DNA of 63,841 nucleotides, filler included, from Blastocystis sp. subtype 4 (Eukaryota): NCBI RefSeq assembly GCF_000743755.1. It is 3 parts of 3 records of this genome, joined end to end, with 100 filler letters (N's around TTAATTAATTAA, not from the genome) between each part and the next. Parts side by side here need not be neighbours in the genome. Positions count along the whole stretch, not along the records: positions 23,267 to 54,512 come from NW_014569373.1; 2 more parts are not named here. One strand, written 5' to 3'. The position numbers were made by a program, and so were the translations under genes. Positions 39,298-52,900 of this stretch are shown here, one piece after another; position 1 is the stretch's first letter, and each line of letters begins with the position of its first letter. The notes under the pieces were generated by a model. That model worked only from the letters and a program-made list of their open reading frames with translations. It had not been told where the DNA came from and made no database searches.

Positions 39298-40742
39298 ATG
39301 GAAAGATATAAACAATCGACCTTCAATTATTACTTTGAAGGATCCAATCAGAATCCATTATCGCTATTCTATAATAGCTCTTGGTTCCATTACTTCTCTC
39401 TTTCTAATGCAGACTGGTATCAGGATATGTGAGTGAGGACATTGGTTGTGACATTTAGGTTGTATTCTCTTTCTTCTGTCACTTTGCAGTTCAGTAGTAT
39501 CACCGATTCTGCAGTTTTATCTGTAGACTGATTTCCCTCAAACCCAGGTTCGTCAACGATGTCTGCGGGATAATGATAGTTCAATACCATTGAAACGAAT
39601 GATGTGTAGAGAAAGACGATATTCGTGTTCTTTCTAGTAATAGTGGTAGTGCTTCTAAAGAAGAGAAATTTGGCTCGAATGTATTATATAAAAAGGAAGA
39701 GAATGGAATTCAGACGTTCATCCTCTCTATTACACCAGTGACTATCCATCTTCTTGTTAATGTGTCTGCTCCATCCACTGTGTGGTGTAGTGCAGTAGAA
39801 ATGGATGGTGTTTTCAATGAACTAACACTTATGAATCAAAAGGGTCAATCCATTCTTGGTAATATTGAAAGTGAACTCTAAGAACTAGATTCATCACATC
39901 TATCGCTTCTGAAACTAAAACCAAATAGCCACTATGATGTGAAATGTATTGCAATACGATCAACCCAATTGGATGTGATTCATGTTGCAAAACCTCTTCA
40001 TGTCGTGACTGGAAATGGTTCCTATTGAATTATCGAATCATCTGTAGCCCTCTTTGAAATCCGCAACATCAAGCGAAGCCGACATCGTATCACGTACCAT
40101 CTTCACAGTAATATTGATGCTCTTTATGTATGCTATCTAATGAACCGAAAACGTACTTGTTGAATCATGAGCTAATCCTCAGCGAATGTCATTGGTACGG
40201 TTGAAATCAATGATTCGGAACATCGGACAGTTCGATTTAATGCGCCTGATAAGTATACTCCATTGCTTACCAAATGTGAGATGTATGATAAGAGCAACCA
40301 ATGTAATCATCTAATCTATATTTCATCCTAGTAATCATGTCTACGAATGTCGAGGACATTGCTGGAATGAAAACGTTCTGGGTTGCGATCCAACCATATC
40401 TTGTGATTTGCTTCCTCGGATGTATCATTTATTTCATCTGGAAGAATCGGAACCCTTTTGATCCTACTCGTTCCATGTAGGCATGTACCGAGGTGATTGA
40501 TAGATAGCGCTGGTGTCGATGATACCGAAAAGATGGGTTTGATTAAGAATCTTACAGATTCCTCCCAGATGGTGACTGGTCATTCTAGAGATGTGAACCT
40601 ATTAGACGAAAAAACGGAGAAAATCCGTTGCGAAAGATGTGGGTTTGTGAATGCGAAATCTTCAACAGTCTGTAAGGAGTGCAATGCCCTGTTGAAAGGA
40701 TCCGAATTCTTTTCACAACAGAAAGAAATGCAATATTACTAA
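39298..40742 (+). CDS. Hypothetical single-pass membrane protein with C-terminal C4 zinc ribbon
   Basis: TM-like YLVICFLGCIIYFIWK; CERCGFVNAKSSTVCKECN; TGTTTGTT at 40748-40755; start uncertain. Confidence 0.55.
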
Positions 40743-40829
40743 TAGTCTGTTTGTTCTAGAAGAAATCCATATCAAGTCGGTAACATGAACTAGTATTCAA
40801 CTTTTCATTTGAGTATTCTTCAATTTGTC

Positions 40830-42561
40830 ATGTGGTCCAACTGGATAGAAGATGCAAAGAAGAAAGCTGGAGAGGCGTTTAAAGCAACTTCTCAGATAAT
40901 GAGTGATGTATTTACTGATTGTTTCTATCATCCGGATAGGGTCTACAAGCTGCGAAGAAGAAGGCCGAAGAGAGTAAGAATAGGGAAGAAGGATGACTTG
41001 TAGTTACGATGAATGCAGCGGATGTAATGAAAGAAATGGTAACGCGTCGACCTGAAGATATGACGTACATAACTAGTAATCTCATTGGTATCCATGTCTT
41101 CTTTTCCTCATCCACAGCTATGGGATTTCCCGGCTGGCCAAAGAATCCTAGCAGATATATCAAATATAATACGAGGGAGATTGTGGCTGCGTATCTTGAA
41201 GAACACCACAAGGATCACTATATGATCTTCAATTTAAGTGACGAAGTCTATGAAACAATTCTCTTTGGCGATCATGTTATTTCTTACGATCTTTTGGGAA
41301 TGCCTGCTCCCTCGTTGGGAATGCTCATGAAGATTTGCGTCGCTATTGAAACATGGCTTCAAGATGACGATCAGAATGTCGCTGTGGTTCACTGTCTAGT
41401 CTTACTTCTACTTCTTCCTCACTTCTAGACCGGAAAGGGTCGCACGCTTACTGTCTGCGCATGTCTGCTTGCTTGGCTTGGTTGGATGGACAACTGTTCT
41501 GAAGCCCTTCACCTATGTTGCAGTCGTCGAGGAGGCAAGGTCGAAGAGTTCACGACTCCTTCCCAGAGACGTTATGTGCAGTATTTCGGAATGATGCTGG
41601 ATTGTATTCCTCCGAAGAAGGAAGCACTGTTACTTCGATCCATTCAATTGAATCATGTTCCTCTGATGGGACCAAATCCCGTAGTGCAAGTGGACGTATT
41701 CAACTGTGGAACTCTTGTGTTTGCTACACGTGTTGCGATTCCTGCTGAGGTGCCAGAAGGAGAACTGGCTCCTCAAGTGGTGGAGATATCTTGTGGTCGA
41801 CAGATTCGAGTAGGATTGAGAGAGTATGTGAGAATCAGGGGAATATCATTATCCGTTGTCGTCAACTGAAGAGCGATGGAACCCGAAGCAGTTTGTGTCG
41901 TTCAATGATTCATACTGGATATGTGAGTGGTCCCATATTGCGTCTAACAAAGGATCAGTTGGATGGTGCTTGTAATGATACTCACTACCCTGAAGATATG
42001 AGTCTGGAACTACGGTTAGAAGAGACAACAGGCGAATATCAAATGAATCCTGTGGTGAATCGGATGGAAGCATATGAAGGATTGTTGTTAGATGAGCATT
42101 CTGCTTTGTGGCGTGAATTGTTACACCGTAAGGAACGTCGATCAGCTCCTACAACACCTCCTACGAAACCTGGAGAACCAGTCCAAGGAGAGAAAACGAG
42201 CCTATTTGATATTGAAAGTGATGAGGAAGAAGAGGTGAAAAAACTCCCATTGCCTCAAGTCGATCCTGGACGTGATGTGAGTATAAGAGGAAGAAATGAT
42301 GTTTAGTATATGATGGAATTAGCAATATTAGAATCATCATTAGCAGACGCTCAGAAGACAGAGGAAAAGGAAAAAGAGAAGGAAGAGTTTACAGCCGAAG
42401 AGGAGCAGAATCTAGATAGCATTATGCAGTCGTTGGATATTGAATCCGGTGACGAAACGAATGTCGATAATATTGACTTGGATGCTTTAGGTGAATCAAT
42501 GAGTGAAGTGGAAGATACAGAGATGGAGACGCGTGATTTCAATGCTGAATTTGGTTTGTAA
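40830..42561 (+). CDS. PTEN/tensin-like phosphatase domain + C2 domain + acidic tail
   Basis: DMTYITSNLIAMGFP, HYMIFNLS, VAVVHCLTGKGRT, TPSQRRYVQYF, C2 (HTGY...LTKDQLDGAC). Confidence 0.88.
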
Positions 42562-42637
42562 TCAATCTTTGTTGAATCAATCTCTATTATTGGTATTGTG
42601 TAAACAAATATGAAGGTAAAGAACAATTGCGTTTGAG

Positions 42638-43929
42638 TTAGAAGAGAACAGTCTTTAATCCAGTGACGGGTTTGCATACACAACACTCAGTCTATGTTTC
42701 AAGTTTCTATTTCATTTCTCACAGGATATAGAGCCATTTTCAAAGTGTTAGGAGGGTTCTGTTGCAACTGTTCAGCATGATTCTGTTCAGTAATCAAATG
42801 AGTCACATTTTCCTTTGGAGTCATTTCCTTTGTTGAGGTCAGAGTTGGGATAGCTTGAGGTACAAAGAACATGGCATTTGTTTGCATGCAGGCCACAGCA
42901 CTAATGAAAGAGAGTGGTTTGAACTAAATCATATTTACAATTCATTTTTACCATTGGAAGATCCAAACCCACAATTGAATCAGGAGTTAGATTCAACATC
43001 TTTGCAACTTGATTACCATATTCACTCAATTGTTTCTGACTCAGATCCTTGCTCTTATCCATCATTTCATTCTCCTATTCATACCTTCCATAACTTTCCT
43101 TCAGAATACGCATAACTACGTAACAGAACTGTTTCTGATTCTTCTTGAAGACGACGAGATACTTCTCCAACAAGATCAGGGAAATACTGCTCCACAAGCA
43201 AAGCACGGAAGTTCAATACTCCGTGATACTGAGGTTGATCCCATTCAGTTGACAAAACAGTACGTAACTTATCAAATGAACGATTATGGAGAGGTTCTTG
43301 CATCATTCCACAATCAGCTACATATGAATCCACCTTCCATATCAAACCTGTTACAATCTCAGGAACCAATTCTCCAAGAATTGAAGCACGAGTCACTTTC
43401 GTACCACTTGGACTATACAGAATTGCTGATGGTTGAACCTCCTTCAACACATCACTATACATCAATTTCATTATCAATAACTACTAAAGAACATCAGCTT
43501 CACCAATCGTTGGATCAACACTCACAAAACGAATTCCTGTTAATGCACAAGCATAGAAAGATACAAGTGTCTCAGAACGATTATCTGTCCAAGCAAGAAA
43601 CGAGTCACCAGGCTTTAGACCCAACTCATACAGACCATTTGCCACATGACGAACTTTCGTCTATATACAATTACAAAGGATTAATCATTCAACAGACTTA
43701 CAAGCAATGTAGTATAGTTCATATGAACGTCTTCTTCTCGGAACTTCATCGCATTCTTATACGGATATGCTTTCAGAGCATCTACTGTTGAACCAACAAC
43801 CGTAGAGGCCAGACGAACTACAACTCAATCTACCAACATACGAATCACTGTTTCTTCTAGCTATCGATTTAAGACCTATATTCTATTAACCATTCTATCC
43901 AATTCTCTCTTACCAGCAAAAGCAAGCAT
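42638..43929 (-). CDS. Mitochondrion-targeted degenerate AMP-binding/acyl-CoA synthetase-like protein
   Basis: Spliced MLAFAGLKSIARRNIRLAST presequence; KVRHVANGLYELGLKPGDSFLAWTDNRSETLVSFYACALTGIRFVSVDP; no TSGTTG loop; short. Confidence 0.7.
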
Positions 43930-44114
43930 TGTTAATAAGATTCAATTGATTCAAAGATAATCGGATCCTTCTTTTGGTAGAAGTATGAAAATACTACGAT
44001 TCTTCGAAATAGATCGAATTCTGGACTCAAAAGAGAGATTTCTTGATATGCGAAAATCACGGGAATTGGGTCAATTCAACGAAACAACAAGAGAAAGCAA
44101 AGAATAGGATACAA

Positions 44115-46145
44115 TTAGAGACTTCCTGTTTCTAGATAGTAATCTTGAAGACTTGTATGAAGTTCATCAATGAAGAGAAGGAGTTCATCTTTGTGGAGTT
44201 GCATCACTGAACCACTAAAGGAATCTAAGCGACATCGTGCTTGCATCTTCTCAGTTGTCAGTTGAAACAACATCCGAAATTGACTACGTTTCACTTATTC
44301 AATACAAACTACTTCACTTCTGCTTCCTCTTCTTCACCACAACTCACACCTGTTAGAATATAGATCGATGTCTTTGGGTTCAAAACACATAAGAGATAAG
44401 GAAGACCCCGTTTCCCTCGCCAATCTCCTGTTTGACGTTTCACACGAACAATGAATTGAGCCAAACGTTGAAGCATGATTGGTTGAGAGAAGATTGCAAC
44501 ATCCCCTTCCACCAGATCATTCAGAAACGTATAACGAAAGTGTTCAGCAATACGAATCTGACGTTTCTCAACAATACTTGTTCCAACACGTAATAATGCT
44601 TCCTGTTGTTCTTCACACAATGAGATTCCTTCTCGTAATACATCCAGATTCCGATCTGTCAACAAAGCATCATAACAACGATTCCAGTTCTCTTCCCACT
44701 AACCATTATCTCATCCTTCTATCCAGACATGATCATTCATCAAACCCACTTCATCTCCTTCACATTTCTCTAATAAAGCATTTGTGGCATAGACAACATC
44801 AGCTGCTGATAACTCTGTTCGAATGTCTTTAACTCATCTTTCAAATTCATTCATACCATAACGACGAGTGAAAGAATCATAGTACAAATCTTCTAATCCG
44901 AATGTATCACTCACACTCGTTAATCGTTTTGATAGTTCTTTACGTATTTGAATAGGAAGAAAGTGGAATCTAAAATCATATTCAAATCCATTCAACTACG
45001 GTTCTTTACTCTCTTTCAATGAGATTCCTATCTTAGCTAACAATTCTTTCACACGAACACTGTCTATTCTCACATATCTCTTTCTACCTTACTGTTTGGA
45101 TTCATCAAACGGAATTTCACTACAATATACTCTGAATGAATCATACTCTCATATAGAGACCAGAAACGATATAACAGGAATCGAGGTTCATAAGACTGTT
45201 GAATACTTCCCACACTTCCATCTCCTTCAATTCCTTGAATATTCAACATATTCACCTTATTCACCACCTCATTGTAACATACTGCATAAGCAGCATTGTT
45301 TATGTGATTATGGAGATATTGGTCTGTTACTCCCACAATACTCAACCACACCAAATCATTGTTCAACCGATCCAATTGACAGACTAAAGAGTATATCTAT
45401 CACTCATTCTCTCTTATCATACTCACTTGAAAGGATACAGGACGAGAATAGTAGTTATATTCTTCATATCTTGTTAGTTTACGACGTTTTCGATCATGTT
45501 CCAGTTGTTTCAATTCATGTTCCTTCTCTTTCTCAACTCTTCGTTTCATACTCTCTTCATCTTCATCTTCATTCACTTCCTCTTCACATTCTTCTTCAGA
45601 TTCTGATATATCACTCGGAATCTCACTTGGTTCTATTGAACCATCATTCACTACAACGATCTATTCCTTATTCAATTCATAAAAATCAACTCGACTATCA
45701 CTACGAATATTTCCTAAGTGAATAGGACGATGTGAATCAACTACAAGACACTTTGAAGAAGAAGGAAGAGACAAATTCTCATTTAGATCAACTGTACCTC
45801 CACAATTCAACATAAATACACTATGAAACTAAAAATCAACTCTCTACTTNNNNTTGTTCTCAAGATAGCTTTGATTCACTCGATGAAGATCAATATAACC
45901 TGATATCTGTTTGATCTTATACATAATACCATCAGATCGGAGAAGAGACTAGAAGAGGCTCAGAACCAAACTAACAAAGACAATTCAATATTCAAATCAA
46001 TTCAAAAACATACAGTGAGAATTCTACAAGAACATAATGCGTCAACATCAGGTGAAACCAAGAGAAGAACAGGAGCTCTTTCTTCGAGTGCTTTACCAAC
46101 GATTTGTTGATATATCTCTGATATACGTTGAATCTCCCAAAGCAT
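44115..46145 (-). CDS. CDC45: DNA replication factor CDC45
   Basis: LLVSPDVDALCSCRIL, LNCGGTVDL, VVDSHRPIHLGN, acidic insert, LVWLSIVGVTDQY, LYRFWSLYESMIHS. Confidence 0.95.
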
Positions 46146-46278
46146 ATTGATTATGGAGATTGAAATGAAACCAAAACAATAACAATAACCCTCTTCTCAA
46201 TGAGAATTCATTTCAACAAACAATCCTATATCAATCTCATCGTGATATCTAGTACCAACAATGAACAACACCCAAGCA

Positions 46279-46791
46279 TTAATCGTCCTGAGCCTTCTTA
46301 GCCTTGTGAAGAGCAGCACGACGGCCTGTTCCCCAAATCTTCTTCTGGTGATTCTTCTTCTCCTTAAGCATCTTTCGGCCTTGACGAGGATACTCCTGAA
46401 TGCCAAACTAGGTGTTACTCTTCTCTTTGAAATTCTATACTCTAGCTAAACGGTACTTCGCCTCAAACTTCTTGACGTCATTCAAGCTGTCATAGATGAG
46501 AGCAAAGCCAGTTGATCTGCCACCTCCTAAACGCTAACAATTCGAACCACAAAGTCAAACCAAAAGCAATCTGGAATCCAAAAAGGATAATACACTTATC
46601 ATCTTGAACATTGTACTTCTTGGCAAGAGTAGCCTTGAGCTCCTCCTTCGAAACAGAGGCACGTTTGGGGTGAATAACCTCAATCGTCTACATCATATCA
46701 CAAGGTAATCCTTAATTACCATCTGACGACGTTTCAGAAGCGGATTTCTCATGAACTTTCTCACACGGACAGTGACAGCAGCTTCAGACAT
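46279..46791 (-). CDS. RPS24: 40S ribosomal protein S24 (eS24)
   Basis: [24 protein letters not shown]...[15 protein letters not shown]...KYRLAR. Confidence 0.96.
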
Positions 46792-46952
46792 CGTGGTACG
46801 TGATTGATAACAAGACTGGAGAGAATTCCAACTCACGAAATGTATAGTTGTCATCATGCTATGCATGCATCCCCACACTATTGATTATTGCTTTGCTGAG
46901 AACTCCTCTGTATAAACAAAATGTGTTACAAACAGAATGCAAAACAAAGCGA

Positions 46953-49900
46953 TTACTCTAAATCCTCCGGCATCCCTAAATCATTTTCATCGACTGCTGC
47001 AGGCATTTCCTCTTCTGCTTCTTTCCATCGCAAATTCAGACCAAAGCACAATACAGATCCATCTTGAACTCCTGCCAGAAGGGCTCGACTATCCGACGAG
47101 ACACAGACACTGTCAATTCGCAACTTGGGAGAAGCCAGAACCGTGTTCAGACGCAAATCAGGAAGTGTAAAAATGCACAAATTATAGGAAGATGCACAGA
47201 ACAACCATTTTGAGTCCTTGGATGTACACATCGTGTGAATGCGCCTGACATCTGCTCGTTTGTAAAGGAGATAACCATTTACATCAAAGCAGAAGAGATA
47301 GTTCGGTAGATTGGAATGGAGAGATGTCACAGAGATCAATACGTATCCTGTCCAGGTAGTAACCATGTGAGTTATGCGATAATTTGGTTTTGGCAACTTC
47401 TTGTCCTCTGTTACCGGTTTTTCCACATACTGAGCCAAATCAATCACCTGAACGAAACGCCCATCACGTAAATTAAAGAGATATACTTGATTAGCAGCTG
47501 TTGAGGCTACAATCAAATCGAGATCACGACTAGCTGAAACTTGTAACACTATTCTTCATTCTTATCATTCTTTCATACCCTTTGTAGGAAGTCCTGGTAG
47601 GATAAGACGAGGCAGTTGGGATACTACGGTGTTCTGCTGTACAGTCGAGTCCGTGGCAACACCTTCGTTTCTGATCCTGAGTCCAATCACTCACTCTTAC
47701 TCAATATTCCACACTATCACCAAACCCTCACGCGAGCCCACGATCACTTCCGTTGCATCCTCAGTGAGCGCTATACAGGTACCAACAACCGCTAATGATG
47801 AACCTCCTTCCTCATTCCTACCATTATAGTGTAATCGACTCTGCGCTGCATCTCCCTGTAAGCTACTGATGGTGACGGTACTATCAAATTGGCCTGTGCT
47901 GAAGAGACGCTGCAGCTTCGGGTCCACACACAGTCGAGCTCGCATCTGCGACAGCACCGTCTGTTCCTCCATCGGGGTTGCAGAATGGACAACACGACTG
48001 CGAGCTGAAGTAGGGAAGGCATTGGCTGAAGGGAGGTATTTGTGAACCGGTTTATCGGACGGTTGGAAGGTAAAAGGAAGCAATTTATGGCCTGGTTGTG
48101 CAGCATAGTACTTGTGCAGACTCACACATCCCTGAGCATCAACAGACAGAACTTCCTTGTCATCTTCACGATATACCAGACTCACCAGACTGCTAGAATG
48201 TTGGGTTGCCACTGGTTGTGGGTTCAATACAGTTCCAGGCAGGATCTTCAGACCCAATGCTGCCAGAGCCTCAGCTGCCGAGAGACGTTTCGGATGGGGG
48301 GTAACAAATAACTGCGAGGGCGTTTGACCAAAGTTGGCAATCTGGGCTTCAATAGCTTTGCGCTCTTCAGGATCGGTGATCGACTCCATATCTACCATTC
48401 CCTCATATGTGAGATAATAAAACACATTGTAAGCCTTCTCAGCTTCTTCACCTCGTTGTTTGTATCCAAAAATGAGATCAATCCAATCACTCAAATGCTC
48501 ACTAACGTAATCACTCTCCAATGCCTGCATGTTAATTCTCACAAACTCTTCCGGCGAAGATGCCCATGGAGGGAGAATCACGTCATTCAGAATGGTTCCA
48601 TCTTGACGAGTACCCAGATCCAATCCATTCATGTTTCGAAGGAAATGGGGCGAATAGAAGAACTCTGGAGTCAGCTCCTTGAGATCTCCCGAACTAGTGA
48701 GCACTCGTGTCCATGCTTCCTCAATACTATGGAACAGACGATCCGCCCAGTCAAAATGACCTCCCTGCAGTTTTGCTGCCAGCTCTGCGAAAGGCTCCAT
48801 ACGCACCAGATAGTTCAGTACAGTTCCCACATTGCTGTAATGAGACCCATACATGAACTTAGGAATATCGCCTCCTTCCATGGCATTATATCGCTCCATA
48901 AACCCCTCCAAACGCTCCTCATTGAGCGCTCCAATCGGCTTGCTGAGATCTCGGAAGGACTCAGGCTTGGTCAGGTCGAGCTCTTGACTGGTATAATCAG
49001 CTATCACCCATGGGAACACTGGATACTGCTGGATATCATTGTAGGTACGACCAGCAGCCATGTTTAGTTTCATCAGATATTCGAAGTTCGACATTTGACG
49101 GGTCCGCCATAGGGAAGTCCAATCTGCTTTGGCAACAAGTTGAGCAGGACTGTAGAGATGCTTAAAGAGAGGACGATCCAGCAAGTACTTCGGCTTCTGT
49201 AACATCAATACATTGAACACTTTCTGATAATCATCACCAATTGGGAAATTCCAGAAATACGACTTATTGTTTGCCATAATTTCCAGTCCTGTGGGCATAA
49301 GGAGATAACGACGACGATACACTTCAGTGATGGCGTTAATCTCCCATTTTCTTACGTGTAACTCTTTCTTGGCTCCTTCATGTCCCTCTGCGAAACTCTC
49401 AGGGAAGAAATACACATTGGCAGGAGTGATATCAGTACGTCCCTTGACAACACACATTGGTAACACCAGCTCCATCTGCGTCGAGAATACAACTCGCTCT
49501 CCATGAGTGAATTTGAGGTCCAAATTGTTTACCTCCTCTTCCACATTCAATCCATTGGGTGTCGTAGGTGTACCAGCCATATCATCATCTGCAGGGAGAC
49601 TTTCCTGCTCCTGCTGTTTCTTATACACACGGAGTTTCAACAATTCCTGCTCTTTGGACTCATTCCGGCCCTTACTGCCACTTAAGTCCCGACCAATATG
49701 CCGGTGTGGTCTCTCGTGCCAATCCCGCTTGAGTCGGTTTCGAAGACGTTTCTCTGTCTCCTTGCGGTCCAACTCGTAATAAACACGTTCACTCTCGCTC
49801 TCATTGAAGCTCTCTACACCATGCCACATCGAAGGACCAAAGACCAGCTCTCGCCAAAGCTTCTTCATGATCTTGAGACCATTTGTCTCACGCTCCACAA

Positions 49901-52900
49901 TCGAGAGCATTGATTCCTTCTCGAACGACTCCTTGAAGTGAATCACCGTCTCCTCCATTTCTTCTGACAGTCTCTGATTCAGAGGTGAGTCCTCGCTCTT
50001 ACAGCGGATCTCAAGACGAATACTCTCGATAAGACGTTTGTCAGCTACACTGGTGAATGAATCCTTATAGGCCAAAAGGACCTTATTCATACCATCCACA
50101 GCATTCTTGAAGACCTCATGTGTGAATACTTCCATCCATGTATTGTATGTCTGGAGATTCTGAGCCTTCACAGTTTCCAGACGCTGAAGAATGCTGAATG
50201 CTTTCTCATCCAATGTCACCAGAAGAGTAGCGATATTCCGCAGACAGAGAGCCATCAGATCCCAATATCGTCCTGCTAGTTCCTCCCAGGTGGCCTGCAA
50301 GACTTTGGCTTCCTTCGAGTCCACATTCGAAGACAAACTGACAGTAATTCGAGTGCAGATACCAATGATGCTAAAGAGTGTGAACGAAGTGGTCAGAATT
50401 AACTGATTACTCCAATCATTCTTTGGCAACTGAATTTCTGCTGTTTTTGGCTTAAAGATAACGCCCAAGTTCAATAGTAACGACTCCAGCAATCCCACCA
50501 ATGACTCAATCTCGTTCTTCACACCCTTCGCACTCTGTCCCCCACTGTAGAGACGGCGCATCTGATACACAATGGCTGCTTCGAGAGCTCGTAATAAGAT
50601 CGGAAGTACTCCCTTCTCGAGAAGAGGTGTGAATGAAGGTTTGCTGCCATCACAGAGTGCATTATCAGTAGCAGATACCAATTGAGGTGCCAATTCCGAC
50701 CAGAATCCCAGCGCCACCTTCAACAACTCGAAGCTGGAATCCGTCAACAGATTGACCTCAATAAGTGATAGAGCTCGAGTAGACTGAATGGTATCTCCTT
50801 GTACTTCGATCATACGAGGAACTTCAGGCGTGATACCGAGTGTGTAGCAGAAGGTAAGATACGAAGTCATAGCATAGCCCTCAAAGAACACCTGACCGTT
50901 GGGATCCTTCCGTTTGGGTTTCTGAGATCGTATACTCTCTTGGAGCTGTAGAAGAATACCTTGCAACAGTGGTGTGAACAGTTCTGTATATGACAACAAA
51001 GGTACTCCTTTCGATTCGATATCATTCATTCCCTTTACCATAGGGATCAAAGTCAGAGATTCTATAACCTGTCGGATCTGTTCGATAATCTCCCAACCAC
51101 CCATCCGAGCTAGAATATAAGTGGAAGCGCAACATACGAGGATCTGACGTGCCTTATCTCGAGTCGATTCGATTTGTGTCATTGCATATAGAATCACTAG
51201 TGAACGGATTGCTATTGTTGACTGAGCAATGATTACACGATTGCTTGATGAGGAGGTTACACCTTGAACCAGACTCAAGAGATGACTGAGAGCCAAATCT
51301 CGCACAGCATCCTTTGCTTGGCATAAAGCCTCCAGCAGCACATTCAGAATGAATGGATATTGAATCGCAAGAGGTCGTCGACCATCAACCACACCTCTAG
51401 CAACACTCTCTGGCTACAGATGAAGTAAGCTAATCATTCGTACCTTGATTCCGAGCGCAAAATCCATGAGTGATTGATAGATGCTCGTTGTTACAGGGTT
51501 GTCATTCAAATAGTCAGCAATACCCGAACACTCATTATTCTTGAATTCATTAATTCCACAGGCAAGTTTAGCAGCCGGACTGGAGGCTATCCAGAAACAA
51601 TGAAGACAACGAATTGCCTGAACACGTACTTCTTCGAGTTCATGACACATACACTTAAAGAAGACAGTATATGCCTTGCAGAGACAGAGTGACTGGAGGA
51701 AATTAGGTTTGATGGCAGCTAAAAATGAGAGAGTCCTAATATCCATACGTTGTGTGAGGAAATGATATAGAATGTTGAGAATAGGCAAGAGCAAGTCACC
51801 ATCATCAACCATATACAACACACTTAACAGATAACTGATATCAACACGATACATCGTACTATCACTCTCCAAGAGGGTTTGAAGCATCTCACTAATACTC
51901 TGCTGCAACTCCAAAACACCATCTTCTGTGAAGGATGAATCTCGCTTACAACTATAGGGAGATGGCTCACTATAATAGATTTTCACCAGAGCTTGAAGCA
52001 GCGGACGGATTCCAACGTGCGACTTCACAAAACCTGGATCCCTCACAACGATATCACCTAGCATCCTCAGGACAATGACATGCGTAGACCATGGAGCAGA
52101 GCCCCAGACCGAGAAGTCAAAGAGGAGATAACGCATCCCAGCAACATACAATTCTGAGTCCACTTTGAGAGCCTCCACAATCTGTTGAATCACGGTCACC
52201 AGCTCCACAGAGAGATGAGAGGGAGGACAACGTCGAAGAAGAATAGCCAGCAATTGCACACCTCCATTGTTCTTAAATGTAATGAGCTGGCTACGATCTT
52301 CCTGCAGTAAAATTGCTAGCAAGGAGAGTGCCTGAGCATATGCTCGAGAAGGCAACGGCTGTGGAACGAGAGATGGAAGATGGGCTACAGACACTTCTGA
52401 GGAGGCAGGAACAAACATTGGCAGGATTACGGGAACACCACCCACTAGAAATGACTATCGAAACGGACTCCTACAGGAAGCAAGTGTCTGTGTCAGAGTG
52501 CTTTCAGCCACGATACGTGTTCCTTCACTCACTGTAGCCAAGACATTCTGATTCGAACAATCATAACAGACTTCATCACGTGTGTTTCGAGCTTCAAAAT
52601 AGCATGAACACTAGAATCAAAGTCGAATTATACTCCTACTCGTTCAAATAGTCGTTGCTGAATAACACTCCATTGATCAGCCGAAGGAGTCTCACAGAGA
52701 GAGTAGGAAGGTCCATGATGTAACATATACAGCTGATTCATCTCCACTTCGGAGAGAGAACTTTGCATCATTCCCATCGAACACATCTGGAATCGGTAAT
52801 CCTGACCATCACTCACAGTGGATCCCAAAGTCTCACTTCGAGCAAATGTCAAAGAGACGGATCCCTTTACACCGCCATCCAGATTCTCCGGATACGTGAA

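Noticed and set aside
42693..42730. ATATCCTG on the minus strand as a fourth AT-AC donor
   Set aside because: A canonical 31-nt GTGAGA...TAG intron explains the junction and no U12 branch point is present.
43009..45725. Long His/Leu/Ser-rich + strand ORFs (43009-43791, 45096-45725)
   Set aside because: Antisense shadows of the ACS-like gene and CDC45.
45950..46014. 65-nt first intron of CDC45 as a snoRNA host
   Set aside because: Has CTGA but no convincing C box or stem; too weak to call.
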